A stretch of 64,000 nt of DNA from an uncultured delta proteobacterium. Its GTDB lineage: Bacteria > Myxococcota_A > Polyangia > Polyangiales > Polyangiaceae. Each line of letters opens with the position of its first letter. The stretch's first letter is position 1. A program made the translations under genes and the position numbers. The stretch lies in the NCBI GenBank assembly GCA_963696385.1, contig CAVOKF010000001.1, positions 128,001 to 192,000 of the forward strand, read 5' to 3'. The notes under the pieces were generated by a model that saw nothing but the letters and a program-made list of their open reading frames with translations, was not told the DNA's origin and did not search any database. Shown piece by piece: positions 62,904-64,000 of this stretch.

Positions 62904-63764
62904 ATGAATGCGGGATATTTTCAGGTCGCAGTCTTGTCTCTACTGGGCATGGGCTTGGTCATGCTTGCGGCGTCGGCCATCCGAATCGCCAAGGAATACG
63001 AGCGAGGGGTCGTCTTTCGGCTCGGTCGCCTCATTCCTCTGCGCGGCCCCGGCCTCTTTTTCATTTTTCCATTCGGCGTCGACCGCGTGCGAATGGTCGA
63101 CCTCCGGGTGATTACGCTCGAGGTCCCGCAGCAGGAGGTCATCACGTCCGACAACGTGACGGTCAAGGTGAATGCCGTCATTTTCTTTCAGGTCAAGGAC
63201 GCGCAGGCGGCCATCGTCCGCGTCTCGAACTACATGGAAGCGACCTCCCAAATCGCGCAAACGACCCTCCGTGCCGTTCTCGGCCAGTCGAGCCTCGACG
63301 AGCTTTTGGGCGGCCGCGACAAGATCAACGGCAAGCTGCAAACGATCATCGATGGCCAGACCGAGCCCTGGGGCATCAAGGTGGGTCCGGTCGAACTCAA
63401 GGATGCGCAGCTGGCCGAGTCGATGGTCCGTGCGTTGGCGAGGCAAGCGGAAGCCGAGCGCGAGAAGCGAGCGAAGATCATTGCCACCGAGGGCGAATTC
63501 CAGGCCGCCCAGGTCCTTGCCAATGCCGCCGAAATCATTTCCACACAACCGGCCGCTCTTGCCCTGCGCTACATGCAGACCCTTCTCGACATGGGATCGA
63601 ATCAAAACTCGACGATCGTGTTTCCGATCCCCGTCGAACTGATCCGGCCGCTCTTGGCCGCTCCGGTGCCCATGAGAGCCGTGGAAGCGCCGCGCGCTTC
63701 CGCAAACGGCGGGGGGGAGTCCTCGGTCGCGAAGCCACTCGCTCTCGCGCCGGTCGTGCGCTAG
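62904..63764 (+). CDS. SPFH/band 7 (slipin/stomatin) protein
   Basis: EYERGVVFRLGR, VDLR, QTTLR, QAEAEREKRAKII, LRYMQTL; AGGAG SD. Confidence 0.93.
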   Translation: MNAGYFQVAVLSLLGMGLVMLAASAIRIAKEYERGVVFRLGRLIPLRGPGLFFIFPFGVDRVRMVDLRVITLEVPQQEVITSDNVTVKVNAVIFFQVKDAQAAIVRVSNYMEATSQIAQTTLRAVLGQSSLDELLGGRDKINGKLQTIIDGQTEPWGIKVGPVELKDAQLAESMVRALARQAEAEREKRAKIIATEGEFQAAQVLANAAEIISTQPAALALRYMQTLLDMGSNQNSTIVFPIPVELIRPLLAAPVPMRAVEAPRASANGGGESSVAKPLALAPVVR

Positions 63765-64000
63765 CCCTACTTTCGCATTCGGGCGGCGAAACAGGTTACG
63801 CCGCCTCGTGAATTGCAGCCCGTTTGCGACGTGACGGCATAGTGGAAAGAAGTGAAGGCATCCAACGTCCAAGCTCGAAGACTTCGATCGCCTGCTTTTG
63901 CCACGGGGTAATGTCGGGCGGGAGCAGCCAGGTCGGGCGACGGCCCATTCCCCCGCCAGTGGCTCTCACCTGCGTTGCCTCAATCTCTGCGAGAGTCTTC
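63765..64000 (-). mobile_element. Probable end of an IS (IS1634-like transposase C-terminus), cut by the window edge
   Basis: Open minus frame 63999..63796 (KTLAEIEATQV...ITPWQKQAIEVFELGRW...*), then a putative IR CCCTACTTTCGCA abutting the SPFH stop. Confidence 0.45.

Overview
GC-rich bacterial DNA; the gene content suggests a myxobacterium (inference only). The window is an accessory stress-response region. At 3-17 kb is an apparent acid-resistance cluster: a P3A-type H+-efflux ATPase with an 8-aa repeat tail, a lipoprotein with two tandem HdeA-like domains, two CLC-CBS transporters, an MprF-C/DUF2156 protein, LMF, DoxX and a general-stress membrane protein. Elsewhere: a sensor kinase/sigma54-activator pair, about 13 candidate sigma54 promoters, an orphan MotA/MotB-like pair, three OmpA/Pal-like lipoproteins (one split by an IS3), two multi-BON proteins, a MoxR-DUF58-Bat operon, USP, an S41 protease, an M16 peptidase pair, glgX/glgP/ppk2, and PRC-barrel, Spy/CpxP-like and SPFH genes. 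Mobile DNA: complete IS3 and IS630 elements, an IS5-like fragment, a truncated integrase and a probable IS end at the right edge. Many spacers hold deleted gene relics, including a two-component operon that duplicated and decayed reciprocally. No rRNA, tRNA or CRISPR array was seen. All family calls come from reading motifs by eye; no database search was run.
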